Of a stretch of 64,000 bases of DNA, positions 10,880 to 20,047 are shown one piece after another. This stretch comes from a virus. Location of the stretch: positions 32,001-96,000 of the IMG/VR virus record IMGVR_UViG_3300021185_003351. One strand, 5' to 3'. Under the pieces are notes generated by a model that saw only the letters and a list, made by a program, of their open reading frames with translations, ran no database searches and was not told where the DNA came from. The first letter of the stretch is position 1. Each line of letters begins with the position of its first letter. The position numbers and the translations under genes are program-made.

Positions 10880-11515
10880 ATGGCAAATAAGTTACAAAAT
10901 ATAAAAGCTATCCAAAAAATGCTGGATGGAACTCACGCATTTCAAACAAGAAAAACTCATGGATTTACTGACGCAAAACAAAAAGCAGAAAAAAATAAAC
11001 GTAGAGAGATTGGTGAGATATGGGAAGAAAAAATAGGCAATACTATTTATCAAATTGAACAACAAGATGGATTTCGAGTTAAAAAACCAAAAAATTCAAT
11101 TGCAGAAGAAGTTCGAACATATTTAAATTCATATCCAAATTGTAAAAAAGATTGTTGCAAAATAAAAAAAGGACCAGTTGATGAAAAGATGCGGGTAATA
11201 CATGGAATGTGTCTTGATTGTGTTGTTGATATGGAACATGAATTAAAGAAACAAGGCAAATATGAAGAATATGAGCAAAAGAAAATTCGTGAAAATGCAG
11301 AAGCTTGGTTAAAGCGAGCAGAACAAGATGTTGATATGCTTAAAGAAGTATACACACAAGCTTCTAGTACAGTTATGAATGCAGACGGAATGGTAGAACA
11401 TTGGTCAGCAAAAATGACTCCAGACGAATTTGAAAAAACAATACAAACACAATTTGATAATTTTAAAGTAAAATTTTTAAAAAATTTAGAAACAAAAAAG
11501 GAAAATAATGATTAA
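10880..11515 (+). CDS. Hypothetical protein with Cys cluster (putative zinc binding)
   Basis: YPNCKKDCC...HGMCLDC in a 211-aa ORF. Confidence 0.6.
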   Translation: MANKLQNIKAIQKMLDGTHAFQTRKTHGFTDAKQKAEKNKRREIGEIWEEKIGNTIYQIEQQDGFRVKKPKNSIAEEVRTYLNSYPNCKKDCCKIKKGPVDEKMRVIHGMCLDCVVDMEHELKKQGKYEEYEQKKIRENAEAWLKRAEQDVDMLKEVYTQASSTVMNADGMVEHWSAKMTPDEFEKTIQTQFDNFKVKFLKNLETKKENND

Positions 11516-11828
11516 AAAAACATGGAAACTTATAGCAGGTATAGTTGTTGGAATATTTGGACTGATTTTTATATTTGGAAAAAAATCTAACAATAAAAAA
11601 GCAGCTGAAGCTAAGAAAAAAATTGATAATAATAACACTAATATTAATAAATTAGATGGCAGTATCGAAGAAGTAAAAAAACAAAAAGTAGTTGCAAAGA
11701 AAAAAGTATCAACGACAAAAAAACAACTAGCTTCTACTAAAGCAAAAAAGGCAGCGCCTAAAAAGACAGCTCCAAAAAAATCAGTTAAAAGTGCAAAAGC
11801 AAATATTAAAAAGAAAATTAGGAAATGA
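11508..11828 (+). CDS. Membrane-anchored Lys-rich coiled-coil protein (candidate lysis/spanin-like)
   Basis: N-terminal TM segment LIAGIVVGIFGLIFIFG, then a coiled coil and a KKAAPKK-rich tail. Confidence 0.55.
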   Translation: MIKKTWKLIAGIVVGIFGLIFIFGKKSNNKKAAEAKKKIDNNNTNINKLDGSIEEVKKQKVVAKKKVSTTKKQLASTKAKKAAPKKTAPKKSVKSAKANIKKKIRK

Positions 11829-12205
11829 AACATATTTTTATTATAATATTATTATGGCCATTAATTAATTTTAGCCAAATGCCAGATACTTGTTTTACAG
11901 AAAATGAAATTATAGAAATTTCAGAAACATTGGATTCATTATATTATTTAGATTCAATTAACAATGAAATTATTTCACAACAAGAAATATTGATATCTGA
12001 ATTAGAAACAGTATTAAAATTAGATTCAGTTGAATTAATGTATATAAGTAAAAAAAATAATTTATTAAATGATAATATTGAATTATATATACAACGTGAA
12101 AAATATTTGAAACCAAAATGGTATGATAATAAAGTTATATGGTTTGCATCAGGAATTCTAACAGCAGTTGCAACAGGAAAGATGGTTGTCGAAGTAGTAC
12201 AATAA
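11825..12205 (+). CDS. Signal-peptide protein with coiled coil and C-terminal TM helix (candidate lysis/spanin-like)
   Basis: MKHIFIIILLWPLINFS-Q signal peptide, C-terminal VIWFASGILTAVATG, and an ATGA overlap with the upstream gene. Confidence 0.55.
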   Translation: MKHIFIIILLWPLINFSQMPDTCFTENEIIEISETLDSLYYLDSINNEIISQQEILISELETVLKLDSVELMYISKKNNLLNDNIELYIQREKYLKPKWYDNKVIWFASGILTAVATGKMVVEVVQ

Positions 12206-13786
12206 GTGAGTAACAAGCAAAACATAAAAAAAATAATACAGGAGCAATATAAAAAATGTGCTCAAGATCCTGTTTATTTTATGCGTCAATATTGCTATAT
12301 TCAACATCCAATTAAAGGTAAAATAAAATTTAATTTATTTCCATTTCAAGAAGAATCATTAACTACATTACAAAAAAATCGATATAATGTAATTCTAAAA
12401 TCTAGACAATTAGGTATATCAACATTATCTGCAGGGTATGCATTGTGGTCAATGTTATTCAATGAAGATTTTAATGTATTAGTAATTGCAACAACTCAGG
12501 ACGTTGCAAAAAATTTAGTAAGTAAAGTTCAAATAATGAACGAAAACTTACCTAGTTGGTTAAAAACAAATATAGTTACTAATAATAAATTATCATTAAA
12601 ATTTGCAAATGGATCAGAAATTAAAGCAATATCAAGTTCTTCTACAGGTGCACGTTCTGAAGCATTATCATTATTAATAGTCGACGAAGCTGCATTTATT
12701 AGAAACATTGAAGAAATTTGGGTAGCATCTCAAGCAACATTATCTACTGGAGGTGGAGCTATTGTATTATCTACTCCTAATGGAATTGGTAATTGGTTTC
12801 ATCAAACATGGGCTGATGCTGAAACTGGAGTAAATGGCTTTGAAACAATTAAACTAGATTGGAAATTACATCCAGAACGAAATCAATCGTGGAGAGACGA
12901 ACAAACACAATTATTAGGAGAAAGAGGAGCAGCACAGGAATGTGATTGTGATTTTATATCTTCCGGTCATACCGTTGTAGATGGATTAATATTACAAAAA
13001 TATGAATCTAAATGCGAAGAGCCTGTAGAAAAAAGAGGATTTGATAACGGATATTGGATATGGGAATATCCAAATTATGAAAAAAATTATATTATTGTAG
13101 CTGATGTTGCTAGAGGTGATGGCGCAGATTGGTCGACATTTCATGTTATCGACGTAGAAACAATAAATCAAGTTGCAGAATATAAAGGTAAATTACCTCC
13201 AAAAGATTTTGGAAATATGTTAGTAACTATTGCAACTGAATGGAATAATGCGTTGTTAGCAATTGAAAATGCAAATATAGGATGGGCTGCAATACAACCA
13301 GCATTAGATAGAGGATACCAAAATTTATTTTATACATATAAAGATGATGGATATGTAGATTTAGAGGTTCAACTATTAAAAGGATATGATCAAAAAGATA
13401 AAACAAAAATGGTACCAGGTGTTTCAACTACTTCAAGAACCAGACCATTAATGATATCTGCATTAGAAATGTATATGAGAGAAGGCTCTCCTATAATACG
13501 TTCAAAAAGATTAATTCAAGAATTATTTGTATTTGTGTGGTTAAATGGTAAAGCACAAGCACAAGTTGGATATAATGACGATTTAGTAATGGCGTATGCT
13601 ATTGCGTTATGGTTACGAGATACTAGTTTAAAATTAAGACAACATGGAATTGAATTAAATAAAAGAGCATTATCACAATTTCAAAAATCAGATAATATAG
13701 TTTATACTAATAAAAATAAATCACAAAGTGAAGACTGGGATTGGAATAACGGTCGAGACAATGAAAATTTAACCTGGCTTCTGTAG
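12206..13786 (+). CDS. Terminase large subunit (T4 gp17-like)
   Basis: Walker A KSRQLGIST, Walker B LLIVDEAAF, STPNG motif, nuclease ADVARGDGAD and NDDLVMA. GTG start. Confidence 0.96.
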   Translation: MSNKQNIKKIIQEQYKKCAQDPVYFMRQYCYIQHPIKGKIKFNLFPFQEESLTTLQKNRYNVILKSRQLGISTLSAGYALWSMLFNEDFNVLVIATTQDVAKNLVSKVQIMNENLPSWLKTNIVTNNKLSLKFANGSEIKAISSSSTGARSEALSLLIVDEAAFIRNIEEIWVASQATLSTGGGAIVLSTPNGIGNWFHQTWADAETGVNGFETIKLDWKLHPERNQSWRDEQTQLLGERGAAQECDCDFISSGHTVVDGLILQKYESKCEEPVEKRGFDNGYWIWEYPNYEKNYIIVADVARGDGADWSTFHVIDVETINQVAEYKGKLPPKDFGNMLVTIATEWNNALLAIENANIGWAAIQPALDRGYQNLFYTYKDDGYVDLEVQLLKGYDQKDKTKMVPGVSTTSRTRPLMISALEMYMREGSPIIRSKRLIQELFVFVWLNGKAQAQVGYNDDLVMAYAIALWLRDTSLKLRQHGIELNKRALSQFQKSDNIVYTNKNKSQSEDWDWNNGRDNENLTWLL

Positions 13787-13820
13787 TTAGTTATATTTAT
13801 AATAAATTAAAGATAAAAAT

Positions 13821-15650
13821 ATGGCGTCGTTAAGAAAACGTTTACAAAACCTATTTAGTACCAATGTAGTAGTTAGAAAATTTGGAAAAGATAAACTACG
13901 AGTAGTTGATACAAATAGATTACAATCAACTGGTAATTTAGCTGCAACAAAAATTACTGATCGATATTCTAGATTACATGGATCAAATCGACATGGATAT
14001 GGATCATATGGATCTGCATTTGGAGGATATGATTCAAATTATTATTCTCAACAAAATAGAAAACAATTATATACAGATTATGAAATGATGGATAAAGATC
14101 CTATTATTTCTTCTGCATTAGATATATATTCAGATGAGTCTACATTAGAAGATCAGTTTGGAGATATCCTATCTATTAAAACAAATAAGACACATATACA
14201 AAAAATATTATATAATCTATTTTATGATGTTTTAAATATTGAATTTAATATGTGGCCATGGGTTAGGAATATTTGTAAGTATGGAGACTTCTTTTTAAAA
14301 TTAGATATTTCAGATGAATTAGGAATAATTAATGCTAGACCATTATCATCATATGAAATTGAAAGACTTGAAGAATTTGATTCTGAATCTGGAGAATATA
14401 ATATTAAATTCAGACACGACATTAGTGAAAATGTACAATATGATGTATTTGAAATAGCACATTTTAGAATGTTATCAGATTCAAATTTTTTGCCATATGG
14501 TAGATCGATGTTAGAAGGAGCTAGACAAGAATTTCAAAAACTAACAATGTTAGAAGACGCAATGTTAATTCATAGAATTATGAGAGCTCCAGAAAAAAGA
14601 ATCTTTAAAGTTGATATTGGCAATATTCCACCAAATGAAGTTGATACATTTATGGAACAAATTGTTAATAAAATGAAAAAGGTTCCATATGTTGATAAAA
14701 ATACCGGAAATTATAATTTAAAGTTTAATTTAAATAATATGTTAGAAGATTATTATTTACCAGTAAGAGGTGGAAATAGTCAAACACAAATTGATACATT
14801 ACCAGGTATGGAATTTACTGGTATTGATGATATTGAATATGTAAAAAATAAAATGATGGCAGCTTTAAAAATTCCTAAACCATTTTTAGGATATTCTGAA
14901 GGGGTTGAAGGAAAAAGTACATTAGCTTCTATGGATATTAGATTTGCTAGAACAATCGAACGAATTCAAAAAATTATTTGTTCTGAATTATCAAAAATTG
15001 CAATAGTTCATTTGTATGCACAGGGGTTTGAAGGAGAAGATTTAATTGGTTTTGAATTATCATTAACTCCACCTTCAATTATATATGATCAACAAAAAGT
15101 TGCACTAATGAATGAAAAAATTACTTTAGCAGTTGCAATGAAAGATTCAAAACTAGTATCAGACAAATACATTTATGAATACATATTTAATATGTCTGAA
15201 GACGAATGGTTAGAAGAAAGAAATAATGTTGTAGAAGATCTTAAACTAAGATTTAGACAAAATCAAGTAGAGCAAGAAGGAAATGATCCAACATTAACTG
15301 GAGTTTCATATGGTACTCCACACGATTTAGCCTCCATGCATATGAGCACCGATGATGTTGAAGATAAAGATCAAGGCGGCCGTCCACCTGAAGGAATAAA
15401 ATACGGACAGCATAAAAATCATATGGGTTGGGATCCTACCGGAGGAAAAACAGTTAAACAGGCAATGAATACAACATTCCAACCAGATCCTAGATTTAAA
15501 ACAACTACTAAAACTGGCATGAAACCTGTAGCTACAGAAAATGCTGATATTTTAAAAAAAATTAATAAAAGTAGATCTAAAATACTATTTGAAAAAAATA
15601 AAAAAAATAAAGATTCTGGATCAATTTTAGATGAAAATAATATTTTATAA
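13821..15650 (+). CDS. Portal protein (T4 gp20-like)
   Basis: MLEDAMLIHRIMRAPEKRIFKVDIGNIP, EDYYLPVRG, IDTLPG and ALKIPK motifs. Follows the terminase. Confidence 0.96.
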   Translation: MASLRKRLQNLFSTNVVVRKFGKDKLRVVDTNRLQSTGNLAATKITDRYSRLHGSNRHGYGSYGSAFGGYDSNYYSQQNRKQLYTDYEMMDKDPIISSALDIYSDESTLEDQFGDILSIKTNKTHIQKILYNLFYDVLNIEFNMWPWVRNICKYGDFFLKLDISDELGIINARPLSSYEIERLEEFDSESGEYNIKFRHDISENVQYDVFEIAHFRMLSDSNFLPYGRSMLEGARQEFQKLTMLEDAMLIHRIMRAPEKRIFKVDIGNIPPNEVDTFMEQIVNKMKKVPYVDKNTGNYNLKFNLNNMLEDYYLPVRGGNSQTQIDTLPGMEFTGIDDIEYVKNKMMAALKIPKPFLGYSEGVEGKSTLASMDIRFARTIERIQKIICSELSKIAIVHLYAQGFEGEDLIGFELSLTPPSIIYDQQKVALMNEKITLAVAMKDSKLVSDKYIYEYIFNMSEDEWLEERNNVVEDLKLRFRQNQVEQEGNDPTLTGVSYGTPHDLASMHMSTDDVEDKDQGGRPPEGIKYGQHKNHMGWDPTGGKTVKQAMNTTFQPDPRFKTTTKTGMKPVATENADILKKINKSRSKILFEKNKKNKDSGSILDENNIL

Positions 15651-15687
15651 TTAACATCATATTTATATGAAAGAACCATGAACTAAC

Positions 15688-16539
15688 ATGAAAACTCTTA
15701 AACATTCAAAATATAAAAATACTGCTATTCTTTTTGAGATGTTAGTAAGGAAACTTACATCGGAAACATTGACGTCAGATAAAACAATTACAGTTGAAAT
15801 TATTAAAAAGTATTTTGGTAAAAATACAGTATTATCAAAAGAGCTACAATTATATAATTCTTTAATAAAAGAATCATTTAAAACTGAAGCTCAATCATTA
15901 GAATTTATTAGAAGTTGTAAAGAAGCTCATACTAAATTAAATAAAAGTTCATTACGTAGACAACGTTATAATTTAGTGAAAGAAATATCAGAAAATTTTG
16001 ATTTTCAAAAAGTTTCTAAAATACGTATAAATAATTATAAAGAATTAGCATCTATATATAAAATATTTGAATATTCTAATTCTGATAATCCTAAGGATTT
16101 ATTGGAATGTAAAACTGTTATCGTTGAACATATATTAAATGATAGTAATACGTCAACTAAAAAAGATGTTGTATTAGAAACATATAAAAAACACGATAAA
16201 GAAGTTAGAATGTTAGCATATAAATTATTAGTTGATAAATTTAATTCAAAATATTCATCTTTAAACGAAAATCAGAAACAAGTTTTAAATCAATATATAA
16301 CTCACGTTAATGACACTGAATCTTTAAAATTATATTTAGAAGGTATATTACCAAATATTAAATTACAACTAAAAGAACAAGTATTAAAAATTCAAGACCC
16401 AGTTACAAAAATAAAAGTTGATAAACTTTCTGATATGTTATGTAATGTTAAAACAATAAAAGTAGTTAAAGAGTCTCATATTTTGTCAATATTAAGATAT
16501 TTTGATTTAATTAAAGAACTAAAACAGGTAAACAAATGA
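15688..16539 (+). CDS. Head-module hypothetical protein
   Basis: 283-aa helical ORF between portal and protease, with TATTTATA upstream. Confidence 0.65.
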   Translation: MKTLKHSKYKNTAILFEMLVRKLTSETLTSDKTITVEIIKKYFGKNTVLSKELQLYNSLIKESFKTEAQSLEFIRSCKEAHTKLNKSSLRRQRYNLVKEISENFDFQKVSKIRINNYKELASIYKIFEYSNSDNPKDLLECKTVIVEHILNDSNTSTKKDVVLETYKKHDKEVRMLAYKLLVDKFNSKYSSLNENQKQVLNQYITHVNDTESLKLYLEGILPNIKLQLKEQVLKIQDPVTKIKVDKLSDMLCNVKTIKVVKESHILSILRYFDLIKELKQVNK

Positions 16540-17237
16540 AGTCATTTTTACACGAAATAGAATCTAAATTTACACGTCTTCAAGAAAAAGATTGGGACGG
16601 TGATGGAAAAGAAGAATCTCCAAATGATGAATATATGGGAGTTAAAGACAAAGCTATTAAAAAAGCAATGAAGAAAGAAAACTCTAAGCCAGATTTTTTA
16701 GATTTAGATAATGACAATGATACTGAAGAGTCTATGAAGCAAGCAGCCAAACAAGCAAATGAAGTCATAAAAACAAATGATCCAGATGCTGCAGCAGACA
16801 TGCAAAAAAAGAATCCTAATGTAGATATTGAATTAACAGAAGATGAACTTGGCGAACAAAATGTAACTGGTGCAATTGCTGGATATCAAACCCCAAATGC
16901 ATTTTCAACAAAAGCTCAAGCAAAAAAGAAAAAGAATATGAAATATGAATCTGTACAAAAAGCTATGGATACAAAATATGAAGCTATGATTGAATCATAT
17001 TCTAAATTTGCAACTGGTAATCCAAAGTCTACACCATCACAAACAGTAAATGGTACCATTAAAGAAGTTGCAAAAAAATTACAAGAGATAGAACAAATAG
17101 TTAAATATACATCTAAATTAAAGACCGAATCTGGTATAGCTGGATCGTCATATGGAAAATCTACTCATACAGCATTAAATAAAATTTCAGAAAGATTATT
17201 AAAAATATCTGAACGTGTAAGAAGCTTAGGAGAATAA
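16536..17237 (+). CDS. Probable prohead core/internal head protein with DxDxDG-like loops
   Basis: DWDGDGKEES and PDFLDLDNDNDTEESMKQA loops, several LxE sites, head-module position. Confidence 0.55.
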   Translation: MKSFLHEIESKFTRLQEKDWDGDGKEESPNDEYMGVKDKAIKKAMKKENSKPDFLDLDNDNDTEESMKQAAKQANEVIKTNDPDAAADMQKKNPNVDIELTEDELGEQNVTGAIAGYQTPNAFSTKAQAKKKKNMKYESVQKAMDTKYEAMIESYSKFATGNPKSTPSQTVNGTIKEVAKKLQEIEQIVKYTSKLKTESGIAGSSYGKSTHTALNKISERLLKISERVRSLGE

Positions 17238-17238
17238 T

Positions 17239-17865
17239 ATGAATAAAAATTTATTAGTAGAATATATTCCATTTAAACCAATAGGGCCAATTAATGAACA
17301 AATGGCTAATAAATTTGGAGTTCCAGGTGGGTTAGTAGTACAAGGCGTTTTACAAAGAGCTGGAGCTAAAAATCAAAATGGACGTGTTTATCCTAAAAAT
17401 ATATTAGATAGAGAAGCTAAAAAATATCAACAAGAATATATTAGTCAAAACAGAGCGTTAGGCGAATTAGATCATCCAGAATCATCAGTTGTTAATTTAA
17501 ACAATGTATCTCACAATGTTTTAAAAATGTGGTGGCAGAATAACGATTTAATGGGAGCTGTACAAATATTAGAAACCCCAGCTGGTAAAATATTAAAGTC
17601 GCTATTTGATGCTGGTATTACATTAGGAATATCTAGTAGAGGATTAGGATCAGTAAAAGAATTATATAAAGAGTCTGCAGTTGAAGTTCAAGAAGATTTT
17701 GAATTAATTTGTTTTGACTTTGTTTCAAATCCGTCTACCCATGGCGCATTTTTAAAACCAATGAATGAATCAATTAATAAAAATACAAAACAAAATTATA
17801 AAAAAGTAAATGATATTATTACATCAATTTTATGTGATAGTGGAAAATGTAGGATTTTACCATGA
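17239..17865 (+). CDS. Prohead protease (T4 gp21-like)
   Basis: NQNGRVYP, ALGELDHP, LGISSRGLGS and DFVSNPS motifs. Confidence 0.95.
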   Translation: MNKNLLVEYIPFKPIGPINEQMANKFGVPGGLVVQGVLQRAGAKNQNGRVYPKNILDREAKKYQQEYISQNRALGELDHPESSVVNLNNVSHNVLKMWWQNNDLMGAVQILETPAGKILKSLFDAGITLGISSRGLGSVKELYKESAVEVQEDFELICFDFVSNPSTHGAFLKPMNESINKNTKQNYKKVNDIITSILCDSGKCRILP

Positions 17866-18227
17866 GAATAAAAGATTTATTAGAAGCATTAGATAGAGAG
17901 CAAGTTGAAATACCAAAAGAGAAAAAACGTGAATTTGTAGAAGCAGTAAGAAATTACTCTCAATTAGGCGAATCAGTATATGGTAAAGGTGATCTTAAAG
18001 AATTATGTCAAAAGATACACTATATGGTAGAAATGGCTCAACAAGTAACATTGTCTGAAGGCGATTGGTTTGATGGTATTACTGTTAATAGACACATGAA
18101 AGGACTTAACGAATCATATAAAGTATTTGAAAAGACTGCTCAAGAAATATCTAGACTACAAGAAAGACTATCTGCATCATATGAAGATATTGGTCAAGGA
18201 TTAAGTAAATATTTTGATATAAAATAA
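17862..18227 (+). CDS. Hypothetical head-module protein
   Basis: 121-aa ORF coupled to the protease by an ATGA overlap. Confidence 0.65.
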   Translation: MRIKDLLEALDREQVEIPKEKKREFVEAVRNYSQLGESVYGKGDLKELCQKIHYMVEMAQQVTLSEGDWFDGITVNRHMKGLNESYKVFEKTAQEISRLQERLSASYEDIGQGLSKYFDIK

Positions 18228-18229
18228 TT

Positions 18230-18257
18230 TTGAATTTATAAAAAAAATTATTATAAT
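18230..18257 (+). promoter_or_regulatory. Second-class (sigma70-like) promoter TTGAAT-16-TATAAT
   Basis: The same layout (TTG/TGGA box, A-tract, TTATTATA) recurs at 30860, 50580 and 62280. Confidence 0.5.
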
Positions 18258-18270
18258 ATAAAGGAAGTAA

Positions 18271-18654
18271 ATGTCAAACATTGATAATACATATCGTCAA
18301 TATTTTGGAATGAAATCACAAACTAATGAAGCTGATTTAATAAATAAAATATCAGATTACAAGGGTGGATTTCTTTATAAACTAATTGATCCAGCTACAG
18401 CAGGTAATGTGAAAGCCGATATTCAAGCATTTTTAAATAAAAAAGGAATGCATGTTATAAAAACAAAATTTGACGATGCAGCTGGTAAAGGATTCTTTTA
18501 TGTTAGATTAGGAGAAGATCCTGCAAAAGAATCTCAGAGAATACAAGGATTTGTAAGTCAACTACCAGAAGTAGAAAAATTTAAATTTACATTAAAACCA
18601 ATACAAAAAGTTACAAACAATCCATCAGATGAACAAACAACACAAATACCATAA
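18271..18654 (+). CDS. Hypothetical protein
   Basis: 127-aa ORF with an AAGGA RBS, overlapping the bS21 start. Confidence 0.65.
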   Translation: MSNIDNTYRQYFGMKSQTNEADLINKISDYKGGFLYKLIDPATAGNVKADIQAFLNKKGMHVIKTKFDDAAGKGFFYVRLGEDPAKESQRIQGFVSQLPEVEKFKFTLKPIQKVTNNPSDEQTTQIP

Positions 18655-18865
18655 ATCAATAGTACCAGGAAATTCTTTTTCAACGAAAGTAATTAATAAA
18701 GATATAAACTTTGCTTTACGATCTTGGAAAAAACAACTTAAAATATCTAATACATTAGATACATTAAAAGAAAAACGAGAATTTGAAAAGCCTAGTGTTA
18801 CCAAAAGAAAAATTAAAAATTCTGCAATTTTTAATCAATATATACAAGATTTAAAATCTTTATAA
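18629..18865 (+). CDS. rpsU: Phage-encoded ribosomal protein bS21
   Basis: V...DINFALRSWKKQ...L..LKEKREFEKPSVTKR matches the bS21 pattern (ALR.FK...R..(Y/F)EKPS..R). Small and basic. Confidence 0.88.
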   Translation: MNKQHKYHKSIVPGNSFSTKVINKDINFALRSWKKQLKISNTLDTLKEKREFEKPSVTKRKIKNSAIFNQYIQDLKSL

Positions 18866-18907
18866 TATATTTTCATTTTTTTTATTTCGTCTATATTTAT
18901 AGTAAAT

Positions 18908-18971
18908 ACACTATCTCTATATAGTGTCAATTATTATTAATTTATTCTATTAAGATTTACAAATAATCTTA
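18908..18971 (+). promoter_or_regulatory. Twin-hairpin 5' leader of the scaffold/capsid operon
   Basis: ACACTAT/ATAGTGT (18908-27) and TAAGATT/AATCTTA (18951-71) lie between TATTTATA (18894) and AAGGAG (18990). Confidence 0.5.
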
Positions 18972-19002
18972 TTTCCAAAAACAAAATTTAAGGAGACAAG
19001 TA

Positions 19003-20022
19003 ATGGACGGAAAATCGGACTTACTAAAAGAAGCGATCGCTGACGCAAAAGCCGTAAAGGAAACTGCATTAGCAAACGCTAAAATAGCTCTTGAAGAGGC
19101 TTTTGCCCCTAGAATTGAAGCAATGCTATCAACAAAACTTTCTGAAGATTTATATGAAGACGAAATGGAAGACGAAGTACCAGCGCCAGTAGCCGATACA
19201 CCAGTTGAAGAACATGACGTTATGTATGAGCCTGAAGTAGAAGGTGGAGAGATGGATGCTGCCCCTGCACCAGAAATGGATGCCGAAATTGATATGGATA
19301 TGCCTGCTGAAGAACCAGTAGTTGCAGATGACATGGAAATGGAAGGTATGATGGATGATGCACCAGTAGACACAGACAGCGTTGAAGAAGATCTAGAACT
19401 AGAAGCAATCATAAGAGAGTTAGAAGAAGATTTAAATGAAGAAGAACTAACTGAAGAAGATATCTTTGAATCAAATGATTCTACAGATTTAACTGAAGAG
19501 GATAAAATGGTCGACGACAAAAAAGAAACCAATGAAGAATTCAATATTGATGAAATCATTGAAGGTATTTTGTCTGAAGACGAAGAAGAAAAAGACTCTA
19601 AAGAAAAAGTAGAAGAAGAAAAAGAAGAAGATGAATCTAAAGAAAAAGTAGAAGAAATGACTGAAGAATTAACTGAAGCATATGATACTATTGAATCTTT
19701 AAGAGGCACAATCAACGAAGTTAATCTTTTAAATGCAAAACTTTTATATACTAACAAATTATTTAGGAATTTTGAATTATCAGAAAGTCAAAAAATGACT
19801 GTTATCGAAAATTTCGATAGAGCTGGTAATACAAGAGAAGTTAAACTCGTATTTAGTACATTAGCAGAAAATTTTACAGTTCCTGTAAAAAAGAGAAAAG
19901 TAGTTAAAGAAGGCACTGCCTCTAAAGCAATTAACTCTACTGCTCCTGCAACTAAAACAATAATCAACGAAGGTAATGAATTAGCTAACAGATGGAAGAA
20001 GTTAGCAGGATTACTAAGTTAA
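19003..20022 (+). CDS. Prohead core scaffold protein (T4 gp22-like)
   Basis: Very acidic coiled-coil protein directly upstream of the capsid gene, with many LxE sites and C-terminal RWKKLAGL. Confidence 0.85.
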   Translation: MDGKSDLLKEAIADAKAVKETALANAKIALEEAFAPRIEAMLSTKLSEDLYEDEMEDEVPAPVADTPVEEHDVMYEPEVEGGEMDAAPAPEMDAEIDMDMPAEEPVVADDMEMEGMMDDAPVDTDSVEEDLELEAIIRELEEDLNEEELTEEDIFESNDSTDLTEEDKMVDDKKETNEEFNIDEIIEGILSEDEEEKDSKEKVEEEKEEDESKEKVEEMTEELTEAYDTIESLRGTINEVNLLNAKLLYTNKLFRNFELSESQKMTVIENFDRAGNTREVKLVFSTLAENFTVPVKKRKVVKEGTASKAINSTAPATKTIINEGNELANRWKKLAGLLS

Positions 20023-20047
20023 TTAAAAAAAAATAAGAAAGAAAAAA

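Noticed and set aside
10880-11515. Small terminase call for the Cys-containing ORF
   Set aside because: The position is suggestive, but I see no recognisable gp16 motif.
19590-19660. Short duplicated SKEKVEE repeat in the scaffold gene
   Set aside because: This is ordinary low-complexity expansion in an acidic linker.
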